A stretch of DNA of 64,000 bases from the NCBI RefSeq assembly GCF_000143415.4, contig NW_003314378.1, forward strand, positions 136,110 through 200,109. The letters are read 5' to 3'. Shown here one piece after another: positions 11,740 through 23,847 of this stretch; the stretch's first letter is position 1, and the number at the start of each line of letters is the position of its first letter. Under the pieces are notes generated by a model. The model did not search any database and had not been told where the DNA came from. It saw only the letters and a list, made by a program, of their open reading frames with translations. The translations under genes were made by a program, and so were the position numbers. The DNA comes from Selaginella moellendorffii. Lineage: Eukaryota > Plantae > Lycopodiophyta.

Positions 11740-14700
11740 TGTCACTAGCTGCTTGTGCCTTGCATCAAAAACCAAAGCTGGACAGTGTCCTGTGGCAAAA
11801 CTTGGAGCACCTCCCTGATGGCCGCCACATTTCCCTGAGATCAAACAACACAAGTGTATAAAACGAGTGAAAGAGCAAAGGAAAACAATGCCAGTACCTG
11901 AATGTCAATATTGAGAACAATGTTTAGCTGGTGTGACTCAACACTAGAGTCCTTTCAAGACGCTACAGCACTCGCAAGGTTCGCAAGCGTCACCTTTCCT
12001 TCACTAGCTTGAGAGGCTAGACAAGAATCACGCATGCGTTCTGCATATTTGGCAGCAGCGTCTCTAGCATCATCAATCGTGTCACAGATTTCAAATTTGT
12101 ATCCAGCAACTGGTACACTACTCAGTCCAATCACCTGAGATAATCGCAGTCAGATGTCGATGCTAAAAGAACTTGAGCAAGAATCGAAGAAAACCTGCAC
12201 TGCGGTTGATGGACCAGCCTCATTGACCGACTTCCCTTTTCGTCAAACAATGCTCGCACCTGAAAACGTAAAAATAAGAACGTTGCTTCGGTAGCTATGC
12301 TTGATTAGAAGCTTACCTTTCCATAGCCTTCACCACAGAGAACCACGTCTCCTTTGCTTAGTGTACCATTTTGCACGAGTAACGTAGCAACTGGTCCCCT
12401 TGCTTGCTTCAATGATTGTGCCACTGGCCTCACGGTGAGGATTGGATCTCAAGTCTTGCAACTAGCGGGAAAGCAAGCAAACATGAGCTCCAAGCTACAA
12501 GTTTTAATGCACAGTACCTCGGCAACAAGCATGACCGTCTCCAGTGACGAATCAATGTTCTCTCCTGTAAGAGCACTAACCGAAACCATCTGCTCTTCTC
12601 CACCCCACTCTGGTGGAACTACACCCGCTTTTGCAAGCTCTTCCTTGACACGATCAACGTTTGCTCCCGGCTTGTCAATCTACAACGAAAGGAAGAGTTT
12701 AGTCACAAGAACGAATGATCTCATATACAAACAATACCTTGTTGATAGCTACGACAATTGGAACCCTGGCAGCTTTGGCGTGAGCTATTGCTTCCAAAGT
12801 CTGTGGACGGGTTCCATCATCTGCTGCTATCACGATAATTGCAATGTCTGTGATTCGTGCACCACGAGGTCGCATAGCACTGAAAGCGAGAACAAGAAAG
12901 CCTTTAGCATTTCCAAAGAAGACATGTACCTGATGCCCCGGTGTGTCAAGGAAAACACACGTTTGCTCCTCCCCATCGACTGTCACAGGCACTTGATATG
13001 CACCAATTGCTTGTGTGATTCCTCCAGCTTCTCCGGCAGCCACCTGAATCATGAATGCAGAGAACTTCCTACATGAGAAACAAAAAAGAAAAGAAAAGAA
13101 AAGAAAGAAAAAAGAAATAGTCTGTAGCACAAAACAACATCAAAGTGTCAAAAACAAAAAAGAAAGATCGAAATCAAAGTTCTCGTAATTACCTTTCCAT
13201 GATCAACATGTCCCATGACTGTTACCACTGGTGGACGTCTCTCCAGTGACTCCAACTCTTCTTCGTCGAGGAACTCCTCCTCCTTCTTGGCCATGTCCTC
13301 GACTTTGACAGAGCCGGCTTCGATAACTTCCACTTTGTATTCATTGCGCACAATTTTCACAGATTCTTCATCCAGCATCTGGTTGGTCGTCACTGCTATT
13401 CCCTTCGTGAACAAGACCTTGACAACGGCCGCGCCAGCTTACTCGCCAAGTCTCCACGGTCATTCCCTGCTTCCCCACCTCCAAAATCTCCACTTTCACC
13501 GGAGCCGAGGCCTTTGCAGCCTCTGCTCGCTCGGCTTTCCTTCTAGCCTTCGAGTGCTTCCTGCCGGACTCACACCTGAAATGCTGATACCAATCTCTTC
13601 CGCGTCGTCCATGGGATTCTCGTCACGAGCAACGGTTCTGCGCTTAGCTCCATCCATCACTTCCGATCTTTTCCGCTTGTCATCCCTGGCCTTGTTCGCT
13701 AAACCCGGCTTCGATGATGGCGGACCTCCAGCTCCAGTGTCTTTGACTTTGAGACCTGTCTGCTTCTTCGTTGCCTCGTCACTCTTTGTCGAAGAAGAGC
13801 CACCCGAAGGAGGAGGGGGAGGTGTAGCGCTCGGTTCCACCACCTTCCTGAAAGTATCCACTCATCTCGGTCCCTTGGGCGCCACCGGCGGTGCCGCTGG
13901 CTTTGGAGCAATCATCGGCTTCGCTGACATGAGAGCCTCTTTTCTCACAACGGGCGGAGGTCGCATCAAAGGTGGCGAGCTGAGAATCGGAGTTCTTGGT
14001 GGTGCTGAAAGTCCAGGAGCTCTAGCGATGACGGAGAAACTCCTGGAGATGGAGCCGGAGCCGGAGCTTGTGACGACGGAGAAACTCCTGGAGATGGAGC
14101 CGGAGCGGGAGTTTGTGGCGACGAAGAAACTCCTGGAGATGGAGCAGGAGCTGGAGTTTGGGACGACGAAACCCTTGGAAATGGAGCCGCAGGAGGAGCT
14201 TGCTTCGACGCTGATACATCTGTCTGTGGAGGAGCCTTTGGTAAGTCTTGGCTTACCTTCACAGCGGTCGAGCTCTCCGGGGGCTTTGGAAAATTCGTTT
14301 GTGGGGGAGTCTTTGGAGCAACGGGCTTGCTCTTCACAGCGCTGCTGTTAGCACCATTTACCGGCGTGAAGGATTGCTGCCTTCCCATCACCGGCCTAGA
14401 ACTTGGCGAATTCGTGGGAGGAGAATTCGCCAGCCTCTCCGCGCTCTGTAACACTTTGTCCAAGTTTTGCATAGCTCCACCGCCCTGGCCCTGCTGCGAT
14501 GGCGCGGAAGAAGAAGCATTCTCCCTGGGCCGATAAACTTGCGCAAAGCTACCACCACTTCCACTTCCTGGCCTTCTCATCTGGTTGCATTCGCAGGAGG
14601 AGGAGGCATCATCACTGGCTTGGGCCGCGAGAGTGGGATCATCGGCGTTGGCGATGGCTTGAGCAGCGGCATACTCTCACCATCGCTCGCAGCTCCCGCG

Positions 14701-15058
14701 CTGGGCTTGGCCGATTTGCCACCGCCATCGTCGTCGGCGGCACTGGCGCCATCGGCATCCAACACCCGGACGCGCTCCTCGGCAAATGCCACGCCTCCTG
14801 GAGCCGCCGCCTTGCCGGAGCCGCGATCTGAGCTGCGCGCCGGGGCTGGAGAGCCCGAAAATCGCCGGATGCAGCCGCGCAGTCGGCATCGCCCCTGGGC
14901 CGGCAGACGACGAGCTGCCCTCCCAGGGCACCCAATGCGGCGCTCATTCTTTCATCATAGCTGGAGGAGAGCCTCGCACCTTTGCCGCATAGGGTCGCCC
15001 CGGAGCATCCGGAAGAACCCTAAAACCCGGAGAGAGGATGTCTGTCGCCCCGACGCCA
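11740..15058 (-). pseudogene. infB: Chloroplast translation initiation factor IF-2 pseudogene, 3'-truncated
   Basis: [51 protein letters not shown]…[13 protein letters not shown]…VAINK and a long Pro/Ser-rich N-terminus. Several frameshifts (~14580, ~14020, ~13570, ~13450) and an in-frame TGA at ~13863. Confidence 0.9.
14028..14200. repeat. ~45-48-bp coding tandem repeat (SPGVSPSSQAPAPAP) inside the IF-2 pseudogene
   Basis: gacg(g/a)agaaactcctggagatggagc… occurs three times, plus one degenerate copy. Confidence 0.8.
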
Positions 15059-15249
15059 TAGCGCAATGTGGATATGCTCCACGGCATACGTGGCACTAAT
15101 GGCAGGCTCGGAGGCCTTTGCAAGGCCATCGCCCGTGCGGGACCTTGGGGTTTCCGGCGGTTGGCCGGCCCCACCTCTGTTTCCCCGCTCGGATGGTCAC
15201 AATAAAATATGCATTTGGTCAACGGTCATTATAAAATATTCGCTAGATT

Positions 15250-16560
15250 CGACTAGGGCTTTGATGCTCCAGAAATCGCGATCTGGAAATGGGCAGGAGC
15301 GTCCGAGAGGATGCGATCCACTGATATCGCGAATGCGGTGCTGGGGATGTACGCCAAGTGCGGGAGCATGGGCGAGGCATCCAGGTGCGCCGGCGCGATC
15401 TGGTGTCGTGGAATTCTCTCATCGCGGGAATTGCCGAGAATGGGCAATCGCCTCTCGCGTTGGATCTCTTCCAGATCTCTTCACTTCCTCGCGGCATTGA
15501 AGGCGTGCTGTGCCTTGGCATCGAAGGAGGAATCCACTGCCGCGATGGGCAAATAACTACACCGAGAAGCCTCGCGATTTGGCTGCGCGGACGACGTCTT
15601 CGTCGCCACCAACCTGATCGACGCCTACGCAAAATCTGGCAGCATGGAAGACGCGCAGAGAGCTTTCGATCGAGTGCCTTCGCCGGCCACGCTCCCAATC
15701 GAGATGGCGCTGCTGGGCTGCAAATCTTCTAGCGAATGGATCCTTGCTACACTCCAAACTCTCACACTTTCGTGGCGGTCTTGAGCTCTTGCTTGAGCAT
15801 CACCGAGAAGGAAGAAGAAGATCATGGGATGATTATGATCAAGGTGGTGGCTCTAGAGACTGCTATGGCGATCCATTCTCGAGCAGCTAAACACCACCAA
15901 ATGTGCTTGTTCGTGGCCAATGCTATGATCGAAGTCTACTCCAAGTGTGGAAGCATGGGCGATGCTCGTGGATGCCTTGCCGCGATGTGATCTAATCTCG
16001 TGGACGTCTGTCATGTCTGGATACGTCCACAACGGTGAGCCCGAGCTTGCCATAGCTCTCTTCGAGGACATGAAACATAGAGGCTTTGCTCCAGACGCTC
16101 CAGCTCTCGCAATTGCCCTGAAAGCTTGCGGCAGCTTGGCGTTGCTCAAGGCCGGGAAGAAACTCCATGCCGAGATTTGCTGGAGAGGTGGAATCCAATC
16201 ATCCTTGGCTCTGCTCGTAGCTCTCGTGGATTTCTATGGTCGATGCGGGAGCATGGGCGATGCCGAGCTCGTACTCTTGCAAGACTCCATCGCCAGTAGA
16301 GACATCACCGTGTAGAACTCTCTCATGGCTGGATACAGTCGCCAAGGAAAGATGGAAATGGTTTCTAGAACTTTTCACCGATTGTAGGACGAGGGCCACA
16401 AGCCTGATGCTGCGACGTTTGTCGGAATTCTCGTGGCTTGCAGCGGTGCCGGGCTGGTTGAAAGTGAGAAGAAGTGTTTCCATGCCATGAAAATCTTGCT
16501 CGCCATTGTTGCGGTCCTGCATGATTTGATGAGCTCCAAGTATTCTGCAATCCATTCCTA
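15250..16560 (+). pseudogene. PLS-class PPR pseudogene
   Basis: IANAVLGMYAKCGSM, RRDLVSWNSLIAGIAENG, DLISWTSVMSGYVHNG and ALVDFYGRCGSM in shifting frames with internal stops. Confidence 0.85.
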
Positions 16561-17603
16561 AAGCCTCCGATCAAACAATTTCATTTCATCAGAACGGTTG
16601 AGCGTGCTAAGCTCAACCGTTATATTTGAGCATATCAAATATAATGTCTTATAATCGATTTGAGCAGATGCCACTCATGGGCATATGCAATCCAAGCAAC
16701 TGCCATCTTGAAGAACTGATGTTATAGTTATGCATAGGCATTCATTTTAAATAAACTGCTGCTTAAAACAATAGTAAAATAAATTTTTATAGTTGATTAA
16801 TCAATCATCCTATCTTTTATCTCAGGCAGAATAATATCTATGATGCAAAAAAAATGACAATTATAAAAAAAGGACATCTTATTCAGCCACACTCTATAAA
16901 TTAACTAAGACCTGGAGCAACCTTAGCTCTGGAAATCGTAAGTCCATAGAATGCCATATTAATATTAACCTCTAAAGGGCCTTTTAGGGCAACAATAAAT
17001 TGAAGATTGGCAGTTCAACACAGTGGGTGTTCTTTCGAATTCCCTCTTGGATTCTTAGTTGATCTCAGTTTCTTGATCTTGCTCCTTGCCAGTTGCTTCA
17101 GGTATAGAGAGATTTTCTTTGGTCATCTTTGGTACACCTTTGGTCAGCAACAAGTGCAAGCCTTGGGTTCTGCAAACTGCACAGAAACTATTCAAGTTAG
17201 CAACAAGTGCAAGCCCCAAGGCATCCAAGTGGGTTGTGCAAACTGCATAGAAACTAGGATAGCCTTCTCTCATCAATCGTCAAGTAAACCAAATAAACTT
17301 CTAACAAATAGCTTGTTGTGGTGGACTCACACTAAAAAATGTGAATGTGGATGTGGGCATAAAAGATGATGTGGGGTGTTGTGAATGTGACTGTGGGTAT
17401 CAAAAACTATTTGTTGGTTAATCCTTTCAGATATTTTTTCTTTATTGCCACAATGACAAGAAGTTAATATTGTTAAACCCTTTATCAATCCCTTTGAGTT
17501 ACCTAGGCATTTCATTTAGACCAGACGAGCATAAGGATGAAATTCCTACATACTATTAGCTAAACATATTTAGCCTAGTAAGGAGTTTTTGTTTCATTAT
17601 GTC

Positions 17604-19875
17604 TTGCACTGGCTAGTAATAAGAACCCTCACATATTAAGATTAGTCCTTTAATATCCCTAGATAATAGCTTACTGTGTTTGCCAAACACCCTTGCTATT
17701 ATACACTTTATGTTAGTTCCATTCGGTCTTAATTGCTATTTATGGAAAGTGTTTAAATTTGCTAATTTGGCATATTTATGGAATGTAGAGATTGTCTTGA
17801 ACACAATAGTGTTTGTCCCATGACCAAATCTAGCACCATTCCATATTTAATAAGTTTCAAGTTATAACTCTTGATATTAAAGGTGGTGTAAGTGACTAAA
17901 TTTTCCATTTTACTTTAATCACTTAACCACACTAGAGAAGTCTCACTTACAACCTCTATAAATCCTATTTCCTAACTTGGGATATACTAGCCCTATGAAG
18001 AGCATCTATACCACTTAACCTTTGCATTTGGTCCAAGTGCCCCATGTGTTCAATCCCATGATTAACATTCAAAGGTACTACTAATATATTAACCCATTAT
18101 GCTAAGGCCATACCCATTCATGCTTGTCACATTAGTAGTCCAAAATCACCTATATCACAATTCTATCTTTAAAAAATTAAACCATTTATCCATGAGTGGT
18201 CATCCTTTGATCACACCTTAGCACCCTTAGGATGCCATAACATATAAGGAACACCCTTCCCCAATGTCCCTTCTTCCATCTCTACCAAATCCCTCTTCAT
18301 CCATGATCATGCTTACCAATACTGCCACTAGGTCAAGGCCCAAAGGCTTGACCACTAAGTCCCACAATCCTCTGGGACTTCTTTATTATGTGACCGTATC
18401 CTTCCATAAAACTACTCTTCTTCTTTTCCACAGTTTGGGACTTTGGGATGACAGTTGAAACACTATGGCCCTATGTGAGACTTATGGGTACTCTCCCCAC
18501 CTTCTGCTTTTGAGTGTCCTGGCCATGGGACTAGAGTGAGGTTCTATTGAGCCACACTAAATATCCAAGTAGGTAGTGCTACCCACACTTAGACTGAGAG
18601 TATCGACTTTTCGATCTTTTAGGGGAACTAAAGCCAACTTTTGAACATTTCACTAAGTTACCCTGTTTGTTGGTATGTATTCACTTTAGTCTTAGACTCC
18701 TCGGTGGATATATCATCACCCAACATGTGGGCATAGCCCTCCTAAGTCACACTAGAGTTTCCTAGCTAAATTGGTTCTATTGGAGTCCAATCCCCACACT
18801 CTTTTTACTATACTTTTGGAACCCCTTGCAGTCCCCCGCCCCAATAGCCAACAACTTATATTAGTATTCAGACTCAAACTCGGACTTGGACTCAATCTGG
18901 GTCTCGAACTTGGACTTGGTCTTGGTCTCGGTCTTGGTCTCGGTCTCATCTCGGTCTCATTTGGGGTCCATCTCAAACTCCATCTTGGATCCATCTCGGA
19001 CTCCATCTATGGGTTTATCTTGGACTCTATCTTAGACTCCATCTCAAGTCCATCTCAGGTCTATCTCAGACTCCATCTCGGACTCCATCTCAAGTCCATT
19101 TCAAACTCCATCTCAGGTCCATCTCAAACTCTATCTCGGACTCCATTTTAAATGCATCTTAGACTCTATCTCGGATCTACCTTGAACTCCATCTTGGACT
19201 CCATCTTGGGTCCATCTTGAGTCCATTTTGGCTCCATCTTGGCTCCATCTCGGACTCTATCTCGGGTCTATCTCGAGTCCATCTTATATCCATCTCAACA
19301 CTTCCACGTGTTAGTTATTAGTCCTTTTGTGTCCCTTTTCTAAAAATTCACTTATTATTTGCTTTGTTGTCGCAAATATGACTTTGAGTATCGAAAGTTA
19401 CCTGTCGGCCAATCCTTATGGACACTTTTTCTTACTACCATGATGGCAGGAGGTCTATATTGCTGGTTCCCTTTATCATCCCCTCTTGTTCAAGTGTTAG
19501 TTTACTGGGCTTAGCACCTGTACTTAGTCAAATGGACATAAAGTAGAAACTTCTATGTGTTTCTAGTTGAGCATACTCGGCCTAGCTCTTAGTTCTCTTT
19601 TGCTTTGTTTTGCACTGGCTTGATAAGAACCCTCGCATATTGAGATTAATCCCTCAATATTGCTGGATGATAATTTACCGTGTTTGCCAAACACCCTCGC
19701 TATTATGCCCTTTGTGTTAGTCTCATTTTAATCCCAATTACTATTTATAGAAAGTGTCCAGATTTGCTCATTTGGCATATCTACGAAATGTAAAAATTGT
19801 CTTGAACACAATAGTGTTTGTCCCATGTCCAAATTCGCAATCTAAAAATGTTCCATATTTAGTAAGTTTTGAGTT
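17604..19875. repeat. ~270-bp direct repeats (17604-17863 and 19609-19875) in a decayed retroelement region
   Basis: ttgcactggct…ataagaaccctc…gtgtttgccaaacaccct…ttgtcttgaacacaatagtgtttgtcccatg…ttccatattta appears in both places. Confidence 0.8.
18870..19296. repeat. Minisatellite of 6-bp (ggtctc/ggactt) and 12-bp (ggactccatctc) units
   Basis: Visible tandem array. It accounts for the spurious low-complexity ORFs 18752-19006 and 18771-19151. Confidence 0.9.
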
Positions 19876-19941
19876 TGTCCTAGAGACTAACTCCTAATAC
19901 TAAGGGAGGCTTGGGGTGAAAGCTCAAAGTGTGTGTTCCTC

Positions 19942-19966
19942 GGGGGGGGGGGGGGGGGGGGGGGGG
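19942..19966 (+). other. G25 homopolymer; probable polypurine tract before a retroelement LTR
   Basis: 25 consecutive G followed by atatgagggg, in a retroelement-rich context. Confidence 0.45.
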
Positions 19967-20444
19967 ATATGAGGGGTTTTAAATGTATAGTAGTGGGTAG
20001 GTTGGGCATGGCTGACCAACCTGAGGCATAGTCTAGCTCTTGCTTGCATGCCTATCCTTGTTTTGCATTTGGCTTGGGTCTAAGCCCAAACTCCACACCA
20101 TGCTAGCTGGTGGAGTACCCATGTTCTCGCGTTACACCACCAGTATGCTGAAATAGCGCCAAAATCCATTTAGCTCCGTTTTACGTGCTAGTCCTGGCAT
20201 TGGGATGTTGGATACTCTATGACTATTCCAAGTCGCTCCAAGCTCCTGTCCCTTCACTCCTTGGGCTGTATGCTCGGGAGTTGCTCCGTGGTTTGGTTTC
20301 ATCACTTCTTGGCATCATGTTTGGGGGTTTAGCACTGTTCCTTTGTTTAGTGGCCCAAGGTCCTAAACCTTGGGTTCCACACCATTCTCTTATGGACACG
20401 TGGCATATGACACATGGCACATAGAGGGTCTAGGTTCCGTCAAC

Positions 20445-20688
20445 TTATGGTGCGATTCACTTATCCAACCAACAAAGTTAGACCTGAGACCCAAGCTCTT
20501 GAATTTGGACTTCTCGGGAAGTCACCCAACCCAATACTATTCAAACCCAAAGACGCTTAACCCTAATTATCCCAAGACCCTTAATTGATTGGAAAAGGGG
20601 GTGCACTTTTATTCATAGGCCCTTTCCCTTTATATTTGAACCCCTATAGATCGTCTCTTAAGTTGTTCATTCCCTTTGGTTACTTACA
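20445..20688 (-). mobile_element. Cassandra-like TRIM, copy 1: LTR with 5S rRNA-derived segment plus part of the internal domain
   Basis: The minus strand begins TGTAAGTAACC at 20688. 20561-20507 reads GTTAAGCGTCTTTGGGTTTGAATAGTATTGGGTTGGGTGACTTCCCGAGAAGTCC, colinear with the plant 5S rRNA A-box/IE/C-box region (GTTAAGCGTGCTTGGGCGAGAGTAGTACTAGGATGGGTGACCTCCCGGGAAGTCC). The LTR end and PBS are deleted. Confidence 0.75.
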
Positions 20689-20735
20689 GAGACTAGTTGC
20701 TCAATTTTATTGGATAGTACTCGCTAAGACGTATC

Positions 20736-20756
20736 CTCTAATACCAAATGTAGCAC
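20736..20756 (-). mobile_element. LTR end plus tRNA-Met primer-binding site of another LTR element
   Basis: The minus strand reads …gctACA tt TGGTATTAGAG, i.e. a CA terminus followed by a near-canonical TGGTATCAGAG PBS. Confidence 0.5.
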
Positions 20757-21044
20757 ACGTGGTTTTTACCCTTTATCCTATAGTGATTATTATAGGATAA
20801 CACCACATTGATCATTTTGTTCGAAAACCATTTCTTTTCTATAAGCCAATACAAACTATTGAAAGGGATGGAGTTGACTTTAATTAATTTAAATTTTAGT
20901 ATGTAGTTTGTATGATGTGGCTTGAAAGGGATGTTGAGTTCTTAAGGGCTAAAACAATTAAATTGGATAGAGTCTAAAGTTGATGCAAAAAAGTGGTTGT
21001 AACACTTTTCTAGAAAGGTGACTCTTGTGCTTTTTTTATATTAG

Positions 21045-21295
21045 TGTAAGTAACCAAAGGGAACGACTTAAAAGACGATCCAATGGAGTTCAAATATATA
21101 AGGAAAAAGCCCATGAACAAGAGTGCACCCCCTTTCCAAATGGTTAAGGGTCTTGGGATATTTAGGGTTAAGCATCCTTGGGTTTGAATAGTACTGGGCT
21201 GGGTAACCTCCAGTTTAAATTCAGGAGCTTACATTTGGTATCGGAGCAGTCTCAAGTCCAACTCTGTTGATTGGCTAAGGGAATTACACCACATG
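21045..21295 (+). mobile_element. Cassandra-like TRIM, copy 2: 189-bp LTR (21045-21233), PBS (21236-21247) and internal stub
   Basis: TGTAAG…CTTACA inverted termini; 5S-like GTTAAGCATCCTTGGGTTTGAATAGTACTGGGCTGGGTAACCTCC at 21167-21211; PBS TGGTATCGGAGC. Homologous in inverted orientation to 20445-20688. Confidence 0.8.
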
Positions 21296-21717
21296 ATGAT
21301 TGAGTTTACAATTTAGGAGCTTACAATTAAGTGGTAGATTGCATTTTGCATTTCATCAGACTTTATGAGAGTAGGGAGTTCTTATTAATCTTGATTTGGT
21401 CTTAGTAGCTTAATTTGAGCTTAGTTTAGCTGTTTAAAGTTAAGATATTAGTACCTATATTATAACTTTGTCTATAAGGAGGTTTTGTACTAATATGAGT
21501 CCATCTCATGATGTTGGAACGAGGAAGAAGACGACTGCAATGCGGCACTTGGCAGAAGTGATCCTTCTTCTTGGGGGATCATCCATCGATTCTGTGGTAG
21601 CACAGCTTCCATCAGATGGATTGATCGAGCAATTGCTTACTTATCAGGTAAAGAAATTCCAAAATCTCCTCATTTTATTTTTCCCTTCCATCTTGGCTAA
21701 GGTGCATGTGAGCGGCG

Positions 21718-23225
21718 ATGGCGCTCTCTCTCCAATTCCCGGTCTCCACGCCCCGGCAAGCATCACTGGAGATTTCAAAGCTAACGCCCGGCTACATTGC
21801 ATCGTCCTTCTCCTTGCAATCTCCTTCCACTTCTTCGCTCCATTCTCTCGGCACAAGCAGCAGCATTGCCATGGCCGTGAAGAAGAGCTCGAGAAGATGG
21901 AGAGCAGCGAAGACGGTGGCGATGGCGGCAGCCGCTAACGAGGTGTCGAATCGCAAGGTACTGATTGTCAACACCAATTCCGGTGGACACGCCGTGATTG
22001 GCTTCTGGCTTGCCAAAGATCTCGTCGCTGCTGGCCACGAAGTTACTGTCATGACTGTCGGTGAGGAGAGCTCGGATAAGATGAAGAAGCCACCATTCTC
22101 GCGGTTCTCGGTATGTTCTTGACCATGTCTTCTGTATATTCGTGCTTCCTCTTCCGTTTTTTCTTTGCAGGAACTGCGAGATCTTGGAGTATCAACTGTG
22201 TGGGGCGATCCGAAAGACGTTGGAGCAGCCGTGGGTGGCAAATCATTCCATGCCGTTTTGGACAACAATGGAAAAGATTTGGATGCTGTGAAGTATGTGA
22301 TCATCGTTCTCGTCTTAGAGAATGAAGTTGGCTGGTTTTTTTGCAGGCCTGTTGTGGACTGGGCGAAATCTCAAGGTGTGGAGCAATTCTTGTTCATCAG
22401 CAGCGCAGGAATCTACAAAACTAGTGACGAGCCTCCGCACCTCGAAGGGGTAAGAAACCTCCACTTTCTCTCTTTTCTTTCTCGCTTCTCAGCTCAAGCG
22501 AATTGCTGCAAACAGGATCCTGTGAAAGCGGACGCAGGCCACGTCGGTGTGGAGGACTACATTTCAAAATTGGCTTTCAAGTTTTGCTCCTCGTTTAGAC
22601 CCCAGTACATGACTGGCTCCGGGAACAACAAGGACTGCGAGGAATGGTTTTTCGACAGTAAGTTTTTCCTCCTTCCGTTCGTGTTTCAAGGGATCATGAA
22701 AACTTCTTGGACAGGAATTGTTAGAGACAAGCCCGTCCCAATACCTTCTCCGGGCATCCGAGTGACAAACATTGCTCATGTATCCGACTTATCGAGCATG
22801 ATAACACTGGCGATTGGGAAACCGAGCGCGTCCAACGCTACCATCTTCAATGCTGTGAGCGACCACGCTGTTACTTTCGATGGTCTCGTCCGGTTGTGCG
22901 CTAGAGCTGCAGCGAAAGAAGCGAAGATCGTCCACTACGACGCCAAAGCTCTGGGAATCGATGCGAAGAAGGCATTTCCTTTCCGAAACATGGTATGCCC
23001 AACCTTTGATTATTTTGGTTCTCATATTTTTCTTTCGTTGCTTGCGCTGATGTATAGCATTTCTATGCGGAACCAAGAGCAGCAAAGGAGAAGCTCGGGT
23101 GGACGAGCTCGATAAATCTCTCAGAAGCATTGAAGGAGAGGTACGAGGAGTACATCAAAATTGGGAGAGACAAGAAGGATATCAAGTTTGAGATCGATGA
23201 TACCATTCTGAGCAAAGTCGGATAG
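21718..23225 (+). CDS. CSP41a: Chloroplast stem-loop binding protein CSP41a (NAD-dependent epimerase-like), 6 exons
   Basis: Ser-rich transit peptide, then [48 protein letters not shown]|[10 protein letters not shown] and [18 protein letters not shown] introns restore the frame. Confidence 0.95.
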
Positions 23226-23450
23226 ACATTGCTTTGCCAAATGGTTCTTCCATACGACGTGGTCAGTAGTATCTCGTCTCAGAGAAACAGTGATGTCACT
23301 TTCAGATCGAAGGATGTTTGAGCTTCTCTGAGTTTTTTCTGAAAGCCTCGCGATTTCTTCCTGACTTGCTAAACTACAAATGAAGGTACTCTATAATCGG
23401 GAAAAAGGTCTACGTTGGCTTACGAGGACAATTAGGGTTGGTGAAGCTTG

Positions 23451-23819
23451 ATGGATCTCGAAACCAGATGTAGGATTTTAGTACACGATCTCCTCAACTT
23501 CGAGAGCGAGGAGGCGCAGGCGAGGCTTTCCTTCGATCCAGCAGCGCGATCTTTCCTCTCTCGGGCTTATTTTGCCCCAGAGGAGGTGGACAAACTCAGC
23601 AAGACGCAGACTAGCGAGGGCAAAACATTGGGCGAGGCGCTGGAGGAGGTTTTGGAGCGGAAGAAGGGCAAGGGGGACTACCAGCTGTGCACGTCACACG
23701 ACATCGCGCCCATCTTGCAACAGGCGCTCGGCATCCACAGGGATTTCCAAAAGAATCCAGCGTTTAAGAAGGCCTTGAAGGCATTCAACAAGGAATGGAA
23801 GAAGAGAAAACCTTTGTAA
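23451..23819 (+). CDS. Intronless 122-aa protein of unknown function
   Basis: Clean ATG-TAA ORF with GC-rich third positions, a telo-box-like ttagggtt just upstream, and globular-looking sequence (RILVHDLLNF…YQLCTSHDIAPIL). Confidence 0.65.
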   Translation: MDLETRCRILVHDLLNFESEEAQARLSFDPAARSFLSRAYFAPEEVDKLSKTQTSEGKTLGEALEEVLERKKGKGDYQLCTSHDIAPILQQALGIHRDFQKNPAFKKALKAFNKEWKKRKPL

Positions 23820-23847
23820 AGACTGCTTTGTAAAAATTACAAGTAAT

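Noticed and set aside
13215-14351. 378-aa + strand ORF, also 12354-13076
   Set aside because: Antisense shadows of the IF-2 pseudogene.
18752-19151. ORFs with RP or LG repeats, or a CRISPR-like array
   Set aside because: Products of a simple minisatellite with no unique spacers, in a eukaryotic context.
20507-21211. Functional 5S rRNA genes
   Set aside because: Only the internal promoter half is present, diverged, and embedded in LTRs.
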